This document shows, piece by piece, positions 16,709 to 26,315 of a DNA stretch of 49,837 nucleotides. A program made the position numbers and the translations under genes. The first letter of the stretch is position 1. The number at the start of each line of letters is the position of its first letter. The notes beneath the pieces were generated by a model. That model worked only from the letters and a program-made list of their open reading frames with translations. It searched no databases and was not told the DNA's origin. This DNA is from a virus: UHGV virus genome UHGV-1368916, one strand, 5' to 3'.

Positions 16709-16911
16709 AACTCGTTGATGACTGGAAAAGCGCATGGCGCTGGTTCTCCATGCATGCACTGGTGCTGGCCGGGATTATCCCCACGGTATGGGCCGAGCTA
16801 CCGCCAGACCTTAAGACCGCAATCCCTCCGGGTGCGATGGGTGCCATTACAGCGGTAATCGCTGCATGCGGCGTGGTTGGTCGTCTGGTTAACCAGAGTA
16901 AGCCGCAATGA
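16705..16911 (+). CDS. Small two-TM membrane protein in the lysis cassette (68 aa)
   Basis: The product is MKLVDDWKSAWRWFSMHALVLAGIIPTVWAEL...AMGAITAVIAACGVVG. It is coupled between the lysozyme and Rz. Confidence 0.4.
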   Translation: MKLVDDWKSAWRWFSMHALVLAGIIPTVWAELPPDLKTAIPPGAMGAITAVIAACGVVGRLVNQSKPQ

Positions 16912-17318
16912 CTGCCGAAGCCATTCTGGCGCTGGTTAAAAAGTTCTGGCTGCCGGCTATCATGGCCGTGCTGATTGGTACGCTGGCTATCGCTGCCAGC
17001 CACTACAAAGACAAAGCCGAGCAGGAAAAGCAGCGAGCCGATGGAGCCGAACAGCAGGTAAACGCAGCTCAGGCCATAATATCCAACGTTCTGACCACCA
17101 TGACCATCTTCAACACCATTGTAGAGGCCAATCAGCATGCAAAAGAGCAGATCGCACTGGACGCATCGGGAGCCTCGGCTGATATCCGGGTTGCTGTTGC
17201 GAATGATGATTGCACTAATCGCCCTGTGCCTGCTGGCGCAGTTAAGCGGCTGCAACAATTCGCGAACGGTCTACGTCAAAGTGCCGGAGGTCCCGCTACC
17301 GGCCAACCTGACGGCTGA
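16908..17318 (+). CDS. Rz: i-spanin (Rz-like)
   Basis: The N-terminus has a TM helix (LPAIMAVLIGTLAIAA) followed by a charged coiled coil. An o-spanin gene sits in the +1 frame. Confidence 0.65.
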   Translation: MTAEAILALVKKFWLPAIMAVLIGTLAIAASHYKDKAEQEKQRADGAEQQVNAAQAIISNVLTTMTIFNTIVEANQHAKEQIALDASGASADIRVAVANDDCTNRPVPAGAVKRLQQFANGLRQSAGGPATGQPDG

Positions 17319-17454
17319 CACCCCGCAACCGGAAATCCCTGACAATCTGACGTGGGGCCAGAGCCTCGATTTAAACGTCAGCCTGCTATCAGCGCTGGGG
17401 CAGTGTAACCGCGACAAGGCCGACATCAGGCAGGCAGAAGCAAAACGTCAGTAG
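17203..17454 (+). CDS. Rz1: o-spanin lipoprotein (Rz1-like), overlapping the Rz 3-prime end
   Basis: The N-terminus MMIALIALCLLAQLSGC carries the lipobox LSGC, followed by Pro-rich mature sequence. The reading frame starts inside Rz and extends past it. Confidence 0.55.
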   Translation: MMIALIALCLLAQLSGCNNSRTVYVKVPEVPLPANLTADTPQPEIPDNLTWGQSLDLNVSLLSALGQCNRDKADIRQAEAKRQ

Positions 17455-17776
17455 GGCATTACAGAGCCACTTCAAGAGGTGGCTCGACAATGTCACAACG
17501 AGGTAATCCATATGCGCACTACTGGAATCCTAATGGCGGAAATTACGCTTCGCCCATATATGAAGCCGCTGCTCATCCTTTCAGTGCTTTTGCGCTGGGG
17601 CTGGCTCACTAAGAAGTGCATCCGGATTACCCCTGTAATTGGCAAGCAGGCGTAAATATAAAGTTCTGCAAACGGTGCCATAAAAGCGCCATTGACAGAG
17701 TTTTATGTAAGTTTTCTGATTCGCTTGTCTCGAAATTGCCGGGTAAGTATCAAAGTAAACCAGAGGATTGTTCTGT

Positions 17777-18412
17777 ATGGCTGAAAATGACAACCGCAGG
17801 CCATACCCTCCCGCCAACTTCACTGGCGAAAACTGGTTGCCATATACCCGGCTGATTCCTGCCGCCGAAATTGGTGAGTGGGTTAACCAGAACATCCTCT
17901 CCGAAGACGGACGAATCCATAACCCTGACCATGCGCACTTGCTCGATGCTGATGTCGCGTTCATGTGGGCCTCTGGCTCATTCGCCAAAAGCGGGCGCAT
18001 TGTGCTGGGTCAGTGTGAACAGGTAATGATGCGCGCCGGCGGCTGGCAGAAGTCCCGCATGGAGCAGCAGATGCATGAATGGTTCGGTCGTATACCGAAG
18101 TTCATCATCACTCTGGCTGCTGACTACTGCGAGCAATGCAACGATCTGGAGTTCTGCGCACTGGTAGAGCATGAACTTTACCACATCGCCCAGGCTACCG
18201 ATGACTATGGCGCGCCGAAGTTCAACAAAGAGACCGGAATGCCGGTACTCAAACTTCGCGGCCATGACGTCGAGGAGTTCGTCGGAGTAGTTCGGCGTTA
18301 CGGCGCCAGCAAAGACGTGCAAGAGATGGTAGATGCGGCGAACAGGCCGGCGGAGGTTGCTCATATCGATGTTGCCAGAGCGTGCGGGACGTGCATGCTG
18401 AAGTTGGCATAA
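17777..18412 (+). CDS. HExxH-motif protein (putative zinc metallopeptidase-like) between the lysis and terminase genes
   Basis: A single HELYH sits at ALVEHELYHIAQ. The in-frame ATG at 17768 is an alternative start. Confidence 0.5.
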   Translation: MAENDNRRPYPPANFTGENWLPYTRLIPAAEIGEWVNQNILSEDGRIHNPDHAHLLDADVAFMWASGSFAKSGRIVLGQCEQVMMRAGGWQKSRMEQQMHEWFGRIPKFIITLAADYCEQCNDLEFCALVEHELYHIAQATDDYGAPKFNKETGMPVLKLRGHDVEEFVGVVRRYGASKDVQEMVDAANRPAEVAHIDVARACGTCMLKLA

Positions 18413-18443
18413 ATTCAGGACTAGTTAGGACGGATGGTGAATT

Positions 18444-18923
18444 ATGGCGGCATTAAAACCAGAGATTAAAGCCTTCATAGTTCAATCAGTTGCGTGCTTT
18501 GATACCCCCTCTCAAGTGGTCGAGTCCGTCCTGAAAGAATTTGGTGTTCAGATTACCCGCCAACAGGTTGAGCAAAACGACCCGACGAAGATAAGCGGCA
18601 AGGGCCTGGCGCAGAAATGGGTCGATCTCTTCAACCGTACCCGTGACCGCTTCCTCAACGAAATTTCCGACATCCCAATCGCAAACAAGGCGTACCGGCT
18701 TCGCGTTCTGGACCGCATGGCTGCGCGCGCCGAGGGAATGAAAAACCTCGCGCTCACCGCTGAGATTATTGAGCAAGCCGCCAAGGAATGCGGAGATGCC
18801 TACACCAATAAGCACAAGTTTGAACATTCCGGCCCAAATGGTGGCGCCATCCAGACGATCACCATGAGCAAAGAGGAATACAAGTCCGCACGGCAGGAGA
18901 TGATGGAGGATGACGACTGCTGA
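18444..18923 (+). CDS. Putative terminase small subunit
   Basis: A 159-aa protein immediately upstream of, and overlapping, the large terminase. The RBS GGATGGTGAA precedes it. Confidence 0.45.
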   Translation: MAALKPEIKAFIVQSVACFDTPSQVVESVLKEFGVQITRQQVEQNDPTKISGKGLAQKWVDLFNRTRDRFLNEISDIPIANKAYRLRVLDRMAARAEGMKNLALTAEIIEQAAKECGDAYTNKHKFEHSGPNGGAIQTITMSKEEYKSARQEMMEDDDC

Positions 18924-20373
18924 GCAAAAGGCGTTTGCCAGAAAGGTGGAATGTGAGGAGGACGGGCTTTACTGCGCTCGATATTTCTTCAAGCAGCGCA
19001 CCGGCGGCAAGATGATAGTTGCGCCTCACCACAAGGTGATTCAGAAAACACTGGATCGCGTCATTGATGGTGAGATTCAGCGCCTAATTATCAATGTCCC
19101 CCCTGGCTATACGAAGACGGAGCTGGCGACCATCAATATGATGGGCCGAGGACTGGCGCTTAACTGCCGGGCCCGCTTCATGCATCTGTCCTATTCTCAT
19201 AACCTGGCGCTGCTGAACTCTTCCACCGCGCGCGGAATGATTAAGTCGCAGGCCTATCAGTCAATGTGGCCGATGGCGCTGCGTGATGATGCAGACAGTA
19301 AGGCTATGTGGTGGACTGAACATGGCGGCGGCGTTTATGCGTCGTCAGCTGCCGGGCAGGTTACGGGCTTTCGCGCCGGACACATGGAACCAGGCTGGCA
19401 GGGCGCGCTGATTATCGATGACCCGGTTAAGCCGGATGATGCTTACTCTGAGATCGTCCGCGACGGAGTCAATAACCGTTTCAACGAGACAATCAAATCA
19501 CGACTGGCGATCGAGACGACGCCGATGATTGTCATCATGCAACGAATCCACTACCACGACCTGAGCGGCTATCTGTTGCGTGGTGGGAGTGGGGAAAAGT
19601 GGCATCACCTGAATTTGCCGGTGATTATCGATAACAGCCGCAGCTACGAAGAAACATATCCAGAAAACACTCACGCTATCCCGATTGACCACGGCCTGCC
19701 AGATGGCTGGCTATGGCCGTTTAAGCATAACGAATCGCACCGTGTATCTCTGTTCTCTCACCGGCGCACCGCCGAAGCTCAGTACATGCAGAACCCAAAA
19801 CGCTTCAATGCGGAGGGGGCTCTGTGGAACGAGGAGATGATCAGCGCCGCTAGGGCGCTCAATATCACTGAAGAGCTTACGCGAACGGTTATCGCAATTG
19901 ACCCGCAGGCCACGAACAGCGAAGAAAGCGACGAGACAGGCATCATAGCCGCCAGTGTTTACGGTACTGGAGACCGAAGGCAATACTCTGCTGATGGCGA
20001 TTACAGCGGAAAATATTCACCTAACGGCTGGGCGACAAAGGCAATGGAGGCTTACGACCTTCATGAGGCTGACGCGATCGTCATTGAAACCAATCAGGGC
20101 GGAGACATGGCTGAGGACACGCTAAGAAACGCTGGGTTTAAGGGGCGGATTATCCGCGTACACGCCAGTAAGGGTAAATTTGCCCGAGCAGAGCCAATTT
20201 CAGCACTCTATTCGCAGGGGCGGGTTGCCCATCACGGCAATCTCTACAACCTCGAAAATCAGCAAATGGAATACATCCCAACTACCGCCAAAAAATCACC
20301 CGATCGGCTTGATGCTCTCGTATGGGCAATGACTGAGTTAAGTGGTCAGGGCGTCGGTACAGTATTCTTCTAA
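18910..20373 (+). CDS. Terminase large subunit
   Basis: A 487-aa protein. It has a Walker A-like stretch (INVPPGYTKTELATINM) and a C-terminal nuclease region (AIDPQATNSEESDETGI...IVIETNQGGDM...DRLDALVWA). Confidence 0.85.
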   Translation: MTTAEQKAFARKVECEEDGLYCARYFFKQRTGGKMIVAPHHKVIQKTLDRVIDGEIQRLIINVPPGYTKTELATINMMGRGLALNCRARFMHLSYSHNLALLNSSTARGMIKSQAYQSMWPMALRDDADSKAMWWTEHGGGVYASSAAGQVTGFRAGHMEPGWQGALIIDDPVKPDDAYSEIVRDGVNNRFNETIKSRLAIETTPMIVIMQRIHYHDLSGYLLRGGSGEKWHHLNLPVIIDNSRSYEETYPENTHAIPIDHGLPDGWLWPFKHNESHRVSLFSHRRTAEAQYMQNPKRFNAEGALWNEEMISAARALNITEELTRTVIAIDPQATNSEESDETGIIAASVYGTGDRRQYSADGDYSGKYSPNGWATKAMEAYDLHEADAIVIETNQGGDMAEDTLRNAGFKGRIIRVHASKGKFARAEPISALYSQGRVAHHGNLYNLENQQMEYIPTTAKKSPDRLDALVWAMTELSGQGVGTVFF

Positions 20374-20385
20374 GGAGCATCGCCA

Positions 20386-21855
20386 GTGAGCGAACAAGAT
20401 AACGGCCTTCAACTGGCTGTGAACAATCTCGCCACTGAAATGCGGCGAGCGAATTACCTTAACGCCATCGGTATCGGCGGGGGCAATACCAAGCGCCCGA
20501 CGCTCTATCAGGAGTTTGGTTACCCGCGCACCATTACCTTCCATGACTTTTACAACATGTACCGGCGCAACGCCGTCGGATTCGCTGTGGTGCATCGCCT
20601 TCTGGATGGATGCTGGCAGGACTATCCGGTCATCGTTGATGGTGATGAGTCCCAGGAGGCGAAGAAAACTAACCCGTGGGAAAAGAAAGTCACCAGGTTC
20701 ATGAAAAAATGGTGGCCGAAGGTGAAGGATGCCGATCGCCGCAATATGGTGGGGCGCTACTCCGCGCTGTTACTGCAGATCAAAGATAACCGGCCATGGA
20801 ATGAGGAAGTAGACACTTCCCTTGTGAGGAGTCTTGGCGAGGCAGCGCTGGTTAAACTCATCCCAGTGTGGGAGCCGCAACTGACTGTTGCCGAATGGGA
20901 TAACGATCGCCAGTCCGAGACGTTCGGCCAGCCGAAGATGTTCAACTTCAACGAGCAGCCGGTAGGAGATGAGGCTTTCGTCGGACCGACTCGCGGCGAG
21001 CCAGTGCATCCGAGCAGGGTGATCCTGTTCTGCGAAGGATCGGAGGATGACAACGTTCTGTCGGGTATCCCGCTTCTTGAGGCCGGATACAACAAAGGGC
21101 TCGACCTTGAGAAGATTTCTGGCGGTGGCGCTGAGGGCTTCCTGAAGAATGCCAGCCGGCAAATCGCGGTCGAGTTCAGCAAAGAAACAGACATGGCTAC
21201 GCTGTCCGATCTGGCGAAGAAGGCTGGTTATGCTGACCTCGGCGAAGCGATGGGCGATAAGGTCAACAAGCTTAACCGCGGCACCGATGCAGCGGCGGTC
21301 ATGCAGGCCGGGCAGATGCACGTTCTGAGCGTGACACCCGGCGACCCTGGGCCGACGTGGGAAGTCACCGCGAACGAGCTGGCGGCATCAGTGCAAATCC
21401 CTTTCACCATCCTGTTTGGGCAGCAGACCGGACGCCTGGCGAGCGATGAGGATAAAACAGACTGGGCCATTCGCCGCAATACCCGCCGCAACGGCTTCCT
21501 GACTGACCGAATCACAGCCTTGCTGGAGCGCTTCTGGACCCTGGGCATTATCGATCCGCCGACAAATGGAGAGGTCACCATTTCATGGACTGACCTGCTT
21601 GCACCTGGCGAAAAAGAGAAAATCGAGAACGCTTCGAAACTGGCCGATATCGTGCAGAAAACGTCGGGCTTCTATGGTGGCGAGCCGCCATTCACGGCCA
21701 ACGAACTTCGCGAGATTGTAGGCCTTGACCCTCTGCCTGAGCCAAAGCAGCCACCTAACCCGAATGACAAGGTGACAACCGATGATCCACTGGCCGATGA
21801 CGCCGGAGCAGACGGCAAAGGTGGGGCTGCCGATAGTTCCGCGCAGCAAGGTTGA
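20386..21855 (+). CDS. Portal protein
   Basis: A 489-aa protein directly after TerL and before the Mu-F-like head protein. It has an acidic C-terminus. Confidence 0.7.
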   Translation: MSEQDNGLQLAVNNLATEMRRANYLNAIGIGGGNTKRPTLYQEFGYPRTITFHDFYNMYRRNAVGFAVVHRLLDGCWQDYPVIVDGDESQEAKKTNPWEKKVTRFMKKWWPKVKDADRRNMVGRYSALLLQIKDNRPWNEEVDTSLVRSLGEAALVKLIPVWEPQLTVAEWDNDRQSETFGQPKMFNFNEQPVGDEAFVGPTRGEPVHPSRVILFCEGSEDDNVLSGIPLLEAGYNKGLDLEKISGGGAEGFLKNASRQIAVEFSKETDMATLSDLAKKAGYADLGEAMGDKVNKLNRGTDAAAVMQAGQMHVLSVTPGDPGPTWEVTANELAASVQIPFTILFGQQTGRLASDEDKTDWAIRRNTRRNGFLTDRITALLERFWTLGIIDPPTNGEVTISWTDLLAPGEKEKIENASKLADIVQKTSGFYGGEPPFTANELREIVGLDPLPEPKQPPNPNDKVTTDDPLADDAGADGKGGAADSSAQQG

Positions 21856-22786
21856 CCCGACTCGATCAGCGAAGCAGGTCAGCGTGATGTTCCGGGATAT
21901 CGAGGTCCGGTATCTCGGTATCAAGCGCGCTCTGAAATCGCTCTTCGACCAGCGCCTGACCGGGAGAGAGCGAGAGGTTAACAGCCACAACTGGCACTTC
22001 CTGTGCCACGTTAACGGCGCCGAGCCAACGCTCTACCAGGTCAACGCCGGCAAGTTTATCTACGACATGTCAGCACAGGAGATGGCCGACCTGCTCGAAG
22101 CGGTGCAGGCCATTCTCGACGATTACCTGCTGGAAGGCGGAGAACAAAACCTGTGGGCGATGGATTACGTCGTCGCAGAAGCTCAGCGCGGAACGCTGGA
22201 GGCATACAACAACCTCTCGCAGCAGTCGCAGGTGTACGCCAGCCAGACAACTCTCTCACAGCTTCTGAGTAGCCCCGCTTATCAAAATCAGATAGCGGCG
22301 GCCAGGCTGACAACGTTCAGTGACTGGAAGGTCATCAGTGATACCGCGCGCGGCGACCTGACCAACATCATCACCGATGCGGTGGCGCGCGGAGTTAACC
22401 CACGGGAAACGTCTGGCGTCATCAGCAAGCGCCTCGATGTTTCGATGTCGAAGGCCAAGACCATCGCTCAGACTGAGCAGGTCGGCGCACTGCGGCAGGC
22501 GCAATGGAACGAAACGGACTGGGCAGCGGATCGGCTTGGCCTGAATACTGGCCTGCTGTGGCTATCTGCGCTCAAACCGACCACGCGCAGCTGGCATGCC
22601 AGCCGTCACGGAAAGGTCTACACCACCGAGCAGGTGCGAGACTTCTACGCCGAGAACGGAAACCGGTACAACTGCTATTGCAGCCAGATTCCGGTGTTGC
22701 TCAATGACGACGGTAGCATTTTCAATCAGGGGTTGGCTGAGAAGCTGGAGAAAGAACGTAAAAGTTGGTTAGAGACGACACCATAG
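21797..22786 (+). CDS. Head morphogenesis protein (Mu gpF / SPP1 gp7 family)
   Basis: The C-terminal stretch SWHASRHGKVYTTEQ is typical of the family. The alternative ATG at 21782 overlaps the portal 3-prime end. Confidence 0.65.
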   Translation: MTPEQTAKVGLPIVPRSKVDPTRSAKQVSVMFRDIEVRYLGIKRALKSLFDQRLTGREREVNSHNWHFLCHVNGAEPTLYQVNAGKFIYDMSAQEMADLLEAVQAILDDYLLEGGEQNLWAMDYVVAEAQRGTLEAYNNLSQQSQVYASQTTLSQLLSSPAYQNQIAAARLTTFSDWKVISDTARGDLTNIITDAVARGVNPRETSGVISKRLDVSMSKAKTIAQTEQVGALRQAQWNETDWAADRLGLNTGLLWLSALKPTTRSWHASRHGKVYTTEQVRDFYAENGNRYNCYCSQIPVLLNDDGSIFNQGLAEKLEKERKSWLETTP

Positions 22787-22827
22787 AATGATGATAGATT
22801 TGAATCTCATTAAAATTGGAGGTTCAG

Positions 22828-23304
22828 ATGTCCAGATATGATGAGCTTCGGAGTGCGGCATTAAGGAAAAGTCAGAAAGAAGACTTGTACTGGAGTGGTT
22901 TGTATAAGGTCTATAATAAATTCAATAAGGATTTCTCAGAATTCCTTGGCGTCAACAACGAAATAATTAAAGATTCATCAAATGAACGAATTCCAGTGCT
23001 AACAATTGGCGTTTATGATGAGGAAAAGCAATGCGTTGATGATGCCTTTGACAGCCAGTTGCCGAAGGATAATAATTTTTTATGCTTCTACTGCTGCCTG
23101 AGAATAGGTGGGGTGGGTGCAAGTGACGGCACATCAAATATATTATTTGATATAAACGTCTGCAGAGACGGAGATGAATATGATTTTGTATCCAATGCAT
23201 TAACAAATACAATCAAATGCTATGAAGTTGACGGTAATGTAGATATGACTCGTTTCTTTGAAGCCATATACAACAAAATCATTACAGATTTAAACACACG
23301 GTAG
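22828..23304 (+). CDS. Hypothetical 158-aa protein, a very AT-rich gene inserted in the head module
   Basis: The RBS GGAGG precedes the ATG at 22828 (MSRYDELRSAAL...). It has its own terminator at 23324-23346. Its base composition differs strikingly from the flanking structural genes. I recognise no family. Confidence 0.55.
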   Translation: MSRYDELRSAALRKSQKEDLYWSGLYKVYNKFNKDFSEFLGVNNEIIKDSSNERIPVLTIGVYDEEKQCVDDAFDSQLPKDNNFLCFYCCLRIGGVGASDGTSNILFDINVCRDGDEYDFVSNALTNTIKCYEVDGNVDMTRFFEAIYNKIITDLNTR

Positions 23305-23323
23305 TGTTTTATATACATGAATA

Positions 23324-23346
23324 GGTCGCCACGGCGGCCTTTTTTA
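23324..23346 (+). terminator. Rho-independent terminator (GGTCGCC acg GCGGCC plus T6)
   Basis: Seen directly. A near-identical hairpin recurs at 28467-28490. Confidence 0.5.
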
Positions 23347-23376
23347 TTGCCTGAAATCCACTAACGAGGACCCAGC

Positions 23377-24762
23377 ATGAAACGCAACCGCGTTAACGTG
23401 CTGACCGTCGTCAACTCCGCTTCAAACATCACTACTGAAACCATCGACGGCAAGCCACATATCGTGGTTCGCGGCATCACGCCTGTCGTGGACGATATCG
23501 TGATGAACCGGAAGTTGTACCCGGCAGCAGAAATCGAAAAGGCCTACAACACGCTTGAGCGTAACCCGATGCCGCTGGGCCACCCGAAGGTTGACGGCAA
23601 GCATGTGTCTGCTCGCGATGTCCGGGCGGTGAATGAATATCACGTAGGCGCATGGCTGCAGAACGTCAGCCATGAAGGTGGGAAGGTGACGGGTGATATG
23701 TACGTTAACCGCCAGTACGCCGAGTCAAGCGAGAAGGGCAAGCGCCTGATTAACCGCCTTGATGAGATGATTGCCGGTACCAACTCAGAACCCATCCATA
23801 TCTCCACAGGACTGTTGTATTCCGGCATTGCTGCTAATGGCGAGTCGAAGGGCAAGAAGTACAACGAGATCGCCACCAACATGATGTTTGACCATGTGGC
23901 GGTGCTGCTCGACGAACCCGGCGCCGGAACGCCTGCAGAAGGCGTCGGCATCTTCGTGAACTCAGAAGGTAATGAGCAGCAGATCGAAGTTGCTCGCCTT
24001 GCTGATGGTATCGACTGCACCCGTGAAGGTCTGCTCAACAAGACCAAATTCTTTTTCACCAATGCCTCCAACTTCTCTTTTGACGACATTTCACGCGCTA
24101 TCAGCGACAAGCTTCGCGAGGGTGACACAGAAGATAAGTGGCTATGGCCAGAAACGGTGTGGCCAGACAGCTTCATCTACCGCGATGACACCAGATACCT
24201 AAAGCAGAAGTACCTCATCGATGATGACGGCAAAGCCGTGTTCGTCGGCGAACCTGTAGAAGTCGTGCGCAAACCCATTGAGTACGAGATTAAAACCAAC
24301 GGAGAGAACGATCCGATGAAAGAACTGATTATCAATGCGCTCCAAGCCGCTGGTAAGCCGACTGAAGGCAAGTCCGATGCCGAACTGATGGACGCTTACA
24401 ACCAGCTGGCGGCAGAGAAAGCAGCAGCCAAGAAAGAAGGTGGCGATGAAATTGATCCCGCTACCGGCAAACCTAAGAAAAAAGAGCAGGCCAGCAACAG
24501 CGAAGAAGTGCCGGCGTGGTTTAAGCCATTTGCTGATGATTTGGCAGCCGTTAAGTCAGGCCTGGCAGTGAATTCTGACAAAGAGAAAGGCGAAAAACGC
24601 GCTGCCGTAAAAGCGAAATTCGGGCTGGATGACCTCGCAGTGAACGCTCTCGACGGCGCTGCCCTTGATGGCCTGTTTGCTCAGTGTCAGACATCTACCG
24701 GCCTGAATGGTGCATTCCGCCCGGTCAACAACAACGATTCTTTCAGCGAAATGCCGGAGTAA
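23377..24762 (+). CDS. Putative prohead protease / scaffolding fusion protein
   Basis: A 461-aa protein. The N-terminal ~250 aa are globular. The C-terminal third is Ala/Lys/Glu-rich (AAEKAAAKKEGGDEIDPATGKPKKKEQ...), as in scaffold domains. It lies between the Mu-F-like and capsid genes. Confidence 0.45.
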   Translation: MKRNRVNVLTVVNSASNITTETIDGKPHIVVRGITPVVDDIVMNRKLYPAAEIEKAYNTLERNPMPLGHPKVDGKHVSARDVRAVNEYHVGAWLQNVSHEGGKVTGDMYVNRQYAESSEKGKRLINRLDEMIAGTNSEPIHISTGLLYSGIAANGESKGKKYNEIATNMMFDHVAVLLDEPGAGTPAEGVGIFVNSEGNEQQIEVARLADGIDCTREGLLNKTKFFFTNASNFSFDDISRAISDKLREGDTEDKWLWPETVWPDSFIYRDDTRYLKQKYLIDDDGKAVFVGEPVEVVRKPIEYEIKTNGENDPMKELIINALQAAGKPTEGKSDAELMDAYNQLAAEKAAAKKEGGDEIDPATGKPKKKEQASNSEEVPAWFKPFADDLAAVKSGLAVNSDKEKGEKRAAVKAKFGLDDLAVNALDGAALDGLFAQCQTSTGLNGAFRPVNNNDSFSEMPE

Positions 24763-24765
24763 AAA

Positions 24766-25197
24766 ATGGCTAAAGACGGGAAACACGTAATTCACGCGGG
24801 CGGTATTTTCCCCAACCCGCAACTTAATCGTGAAGGTTCTGCGGCCGCAGCGTTTCTGCCGGGTACCGTTATTTTCTTCAGTGCAGCTAAGCCGACTCCG
24901 TCGGTTGACGGCACCGAAGATGCGATCCTCTACGTCGCTAACTACGACTATCTGCGCTGCAAAACAGTTGACGATGCCTATGCTATCGGCGACTGGGTGG
25001 TAAACATCCAGCCAACTCCGGGCGTATTCCTCAACGTTCGCGCTGCCGCCGGCACCTACACCAAAGGTCAGCCGGTTTCTGTGGCCAACGGCCAAATCAA
25101 AGCACTGGCAGCAGATGAAACCATCTTTGCCTATGTCGAAGAAGACAAGTCCCTGACCGCTGCAGCAGGCGATCTGGTTCGCGTCGTGTTCAAGTAA
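24766..25197 (+). CDS. Putative head decoration / accessory capsid protein (143 aa)
   Basis: A Gly/Ala/Val-rich beta-type sequence, positioned directly upstream of the major capsid gene. Confidence 0.35.
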   Translation: MAKDGKHVIHAGGIFPNPQLNREGSAAAAFLPGTVIFFSAAKPTPSVDGTEDAILYVANYDYLRCKTVDDAYAIGDWVVNIQPTPGVFLNVRAAAGTYTKGQPVSVANGQIKALAADETIFAYVEEDKSLTAAAGDLVRVVFK

Positions 25198-25208
25198 GGA
25201 GAGACTGA

Positions 25209-26306
25209 ATGTTTGTATTTTCCACCCGACGCGCGACTGAGACGGGCAACCTCGAAGCGAACCAGGCGCAGTTCAATGAGCTGCAACAGGCTCGCAATAT
25301 GAGTGCTCAGGCCGTTGCTGATTTCGTATCCCGCACCCGCTGGCGTGGTGATGCGGCAAACACTCCGGTGCTGGACGCGACGAACGCTGTCGACGATATC
25401 CGCCGCCTGTATCGAGCTTATGATCAGACTGTGCTGGCTGAATTCGAACCGACTACTGAATTCACTCTGCTTAACGACCTGATCCCGTTGTCCCGCTCTG
25501 TCCGTCTTGAAGAGTCCGTGTACGAGTATGCTCGCACCGGTGGCCGCGGCTGGGCGCATACCTCCATGTCCGGCCAGATTGGTGCGGCGCTTGATGCGCG
25601 CGCGTACACCTTCGACGGTACTATGGTTCCGATCCACGACTCTGGCTTCAAATTCCAGTGGCGTGACCCGATTTTCAACAAAGGCTCCGCTCTGGCTTCT
25701 CTGGCCGATGCTCAGCGCGGCTCTGTTGATGATGTTCGTCGTCAGTACGTGGATTACGTCTTCAACGGTTTCCGCGATTCCGCCGGCAACTATATCGCCT
25801 TCGATGGCAAGACCTGGAAGGGCGTCAAAGCCGATGAGCGCGTACAGATTGTAGATCTCAGCGCTTCCGGCCTGAACATCGACTTCACCAGTGCCAGCGC
25901 AACGGCGGAGCAAATTCGCAACGCGGCTATCGCACTGCGCGACGTGATGAAGCTGACCAACCTGCAGTATGCGCAGCAGACCTGGTATGTTTCCGGTGAG
26001 ATCACCTCAAACCTGGAGCGCTACTTCAGCGACAATTACCAGTCTGACACCATTCTGCAAGAGTTGCTGAAGCTCTCAGGCATCGCTGCCATCAAAGAAG
26101 ATGCGCAACTTTCCGGTAACCAGATCCTGATTGTTCCACTGACGGCCGGTGTTATCGCTCCGATTGTCGGTCAGGCTGTCGGTACCGTTGCTGACCCTCG
26201 CCAGTTCTATAACAGCGATTACGTCTGGCGCACCTGGGGCGCGATGGGTCTGATGGTTAAGACCGACATCAACAATCGCAAATCCGTTATCTACGCGCAC
26301 AGCTAA
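25209..26306 (+). CDS. Major capsid protein
   Basis: This call is positional. A 365-aa protein following the protease/scaffold and decoration genes. Confidence 0.55.
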   Translation: MFVFSTRRATETGNLEANQAQFNELQQARNMSAQAVADFVSRTRWRGDAANTPVLDATNAVDDIRRLYRAYDQTVLAEFEPTTEFTLLNDLIPLSRSVRLEESVYEYARTGGRGWAHTSMSGQIGAALDARAYTFDGTMVPIHDSGFKFQWRDPIFNKGSALASLADAQRGSVDDVRRQYVDYVFNGFRDSAGNYIAFDGKTWKGVKADERVQIVDLSASGLNIDFTSASATAEQIRNAAIALRDVMKLTNLQYAQQTWYVSGEITSNLERYFSDNYQSDTILQELLKLSGIAAIKEDAQLSGNQILIVPLTAGVIAPIVGQAVGTVADPRQFYNSDYVWRTWGAMGLMVKTDINNRKSVIYAHS

Positions 26307-26315
26307 GGGGGATTT

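Noticed and set aside
16500-17258. 252-aa minus-strand ORF across the lysozyme/Rz region
   Set aside because: It is antisense to the well-supported lysozyme and spanin genes, and it has no RBS.
20770-21321. 183-aa and 145-aa minus-strand ORFs inside the portal gene
   Set aside because: They are antisense to the portal gene and have no independent support.
25131-25913. 260-aa minus-strand ORF inside the major capsid gene
   Set aside because: It is antisense to a strongly supported structural gene in a tightly packed plus-strand operon.
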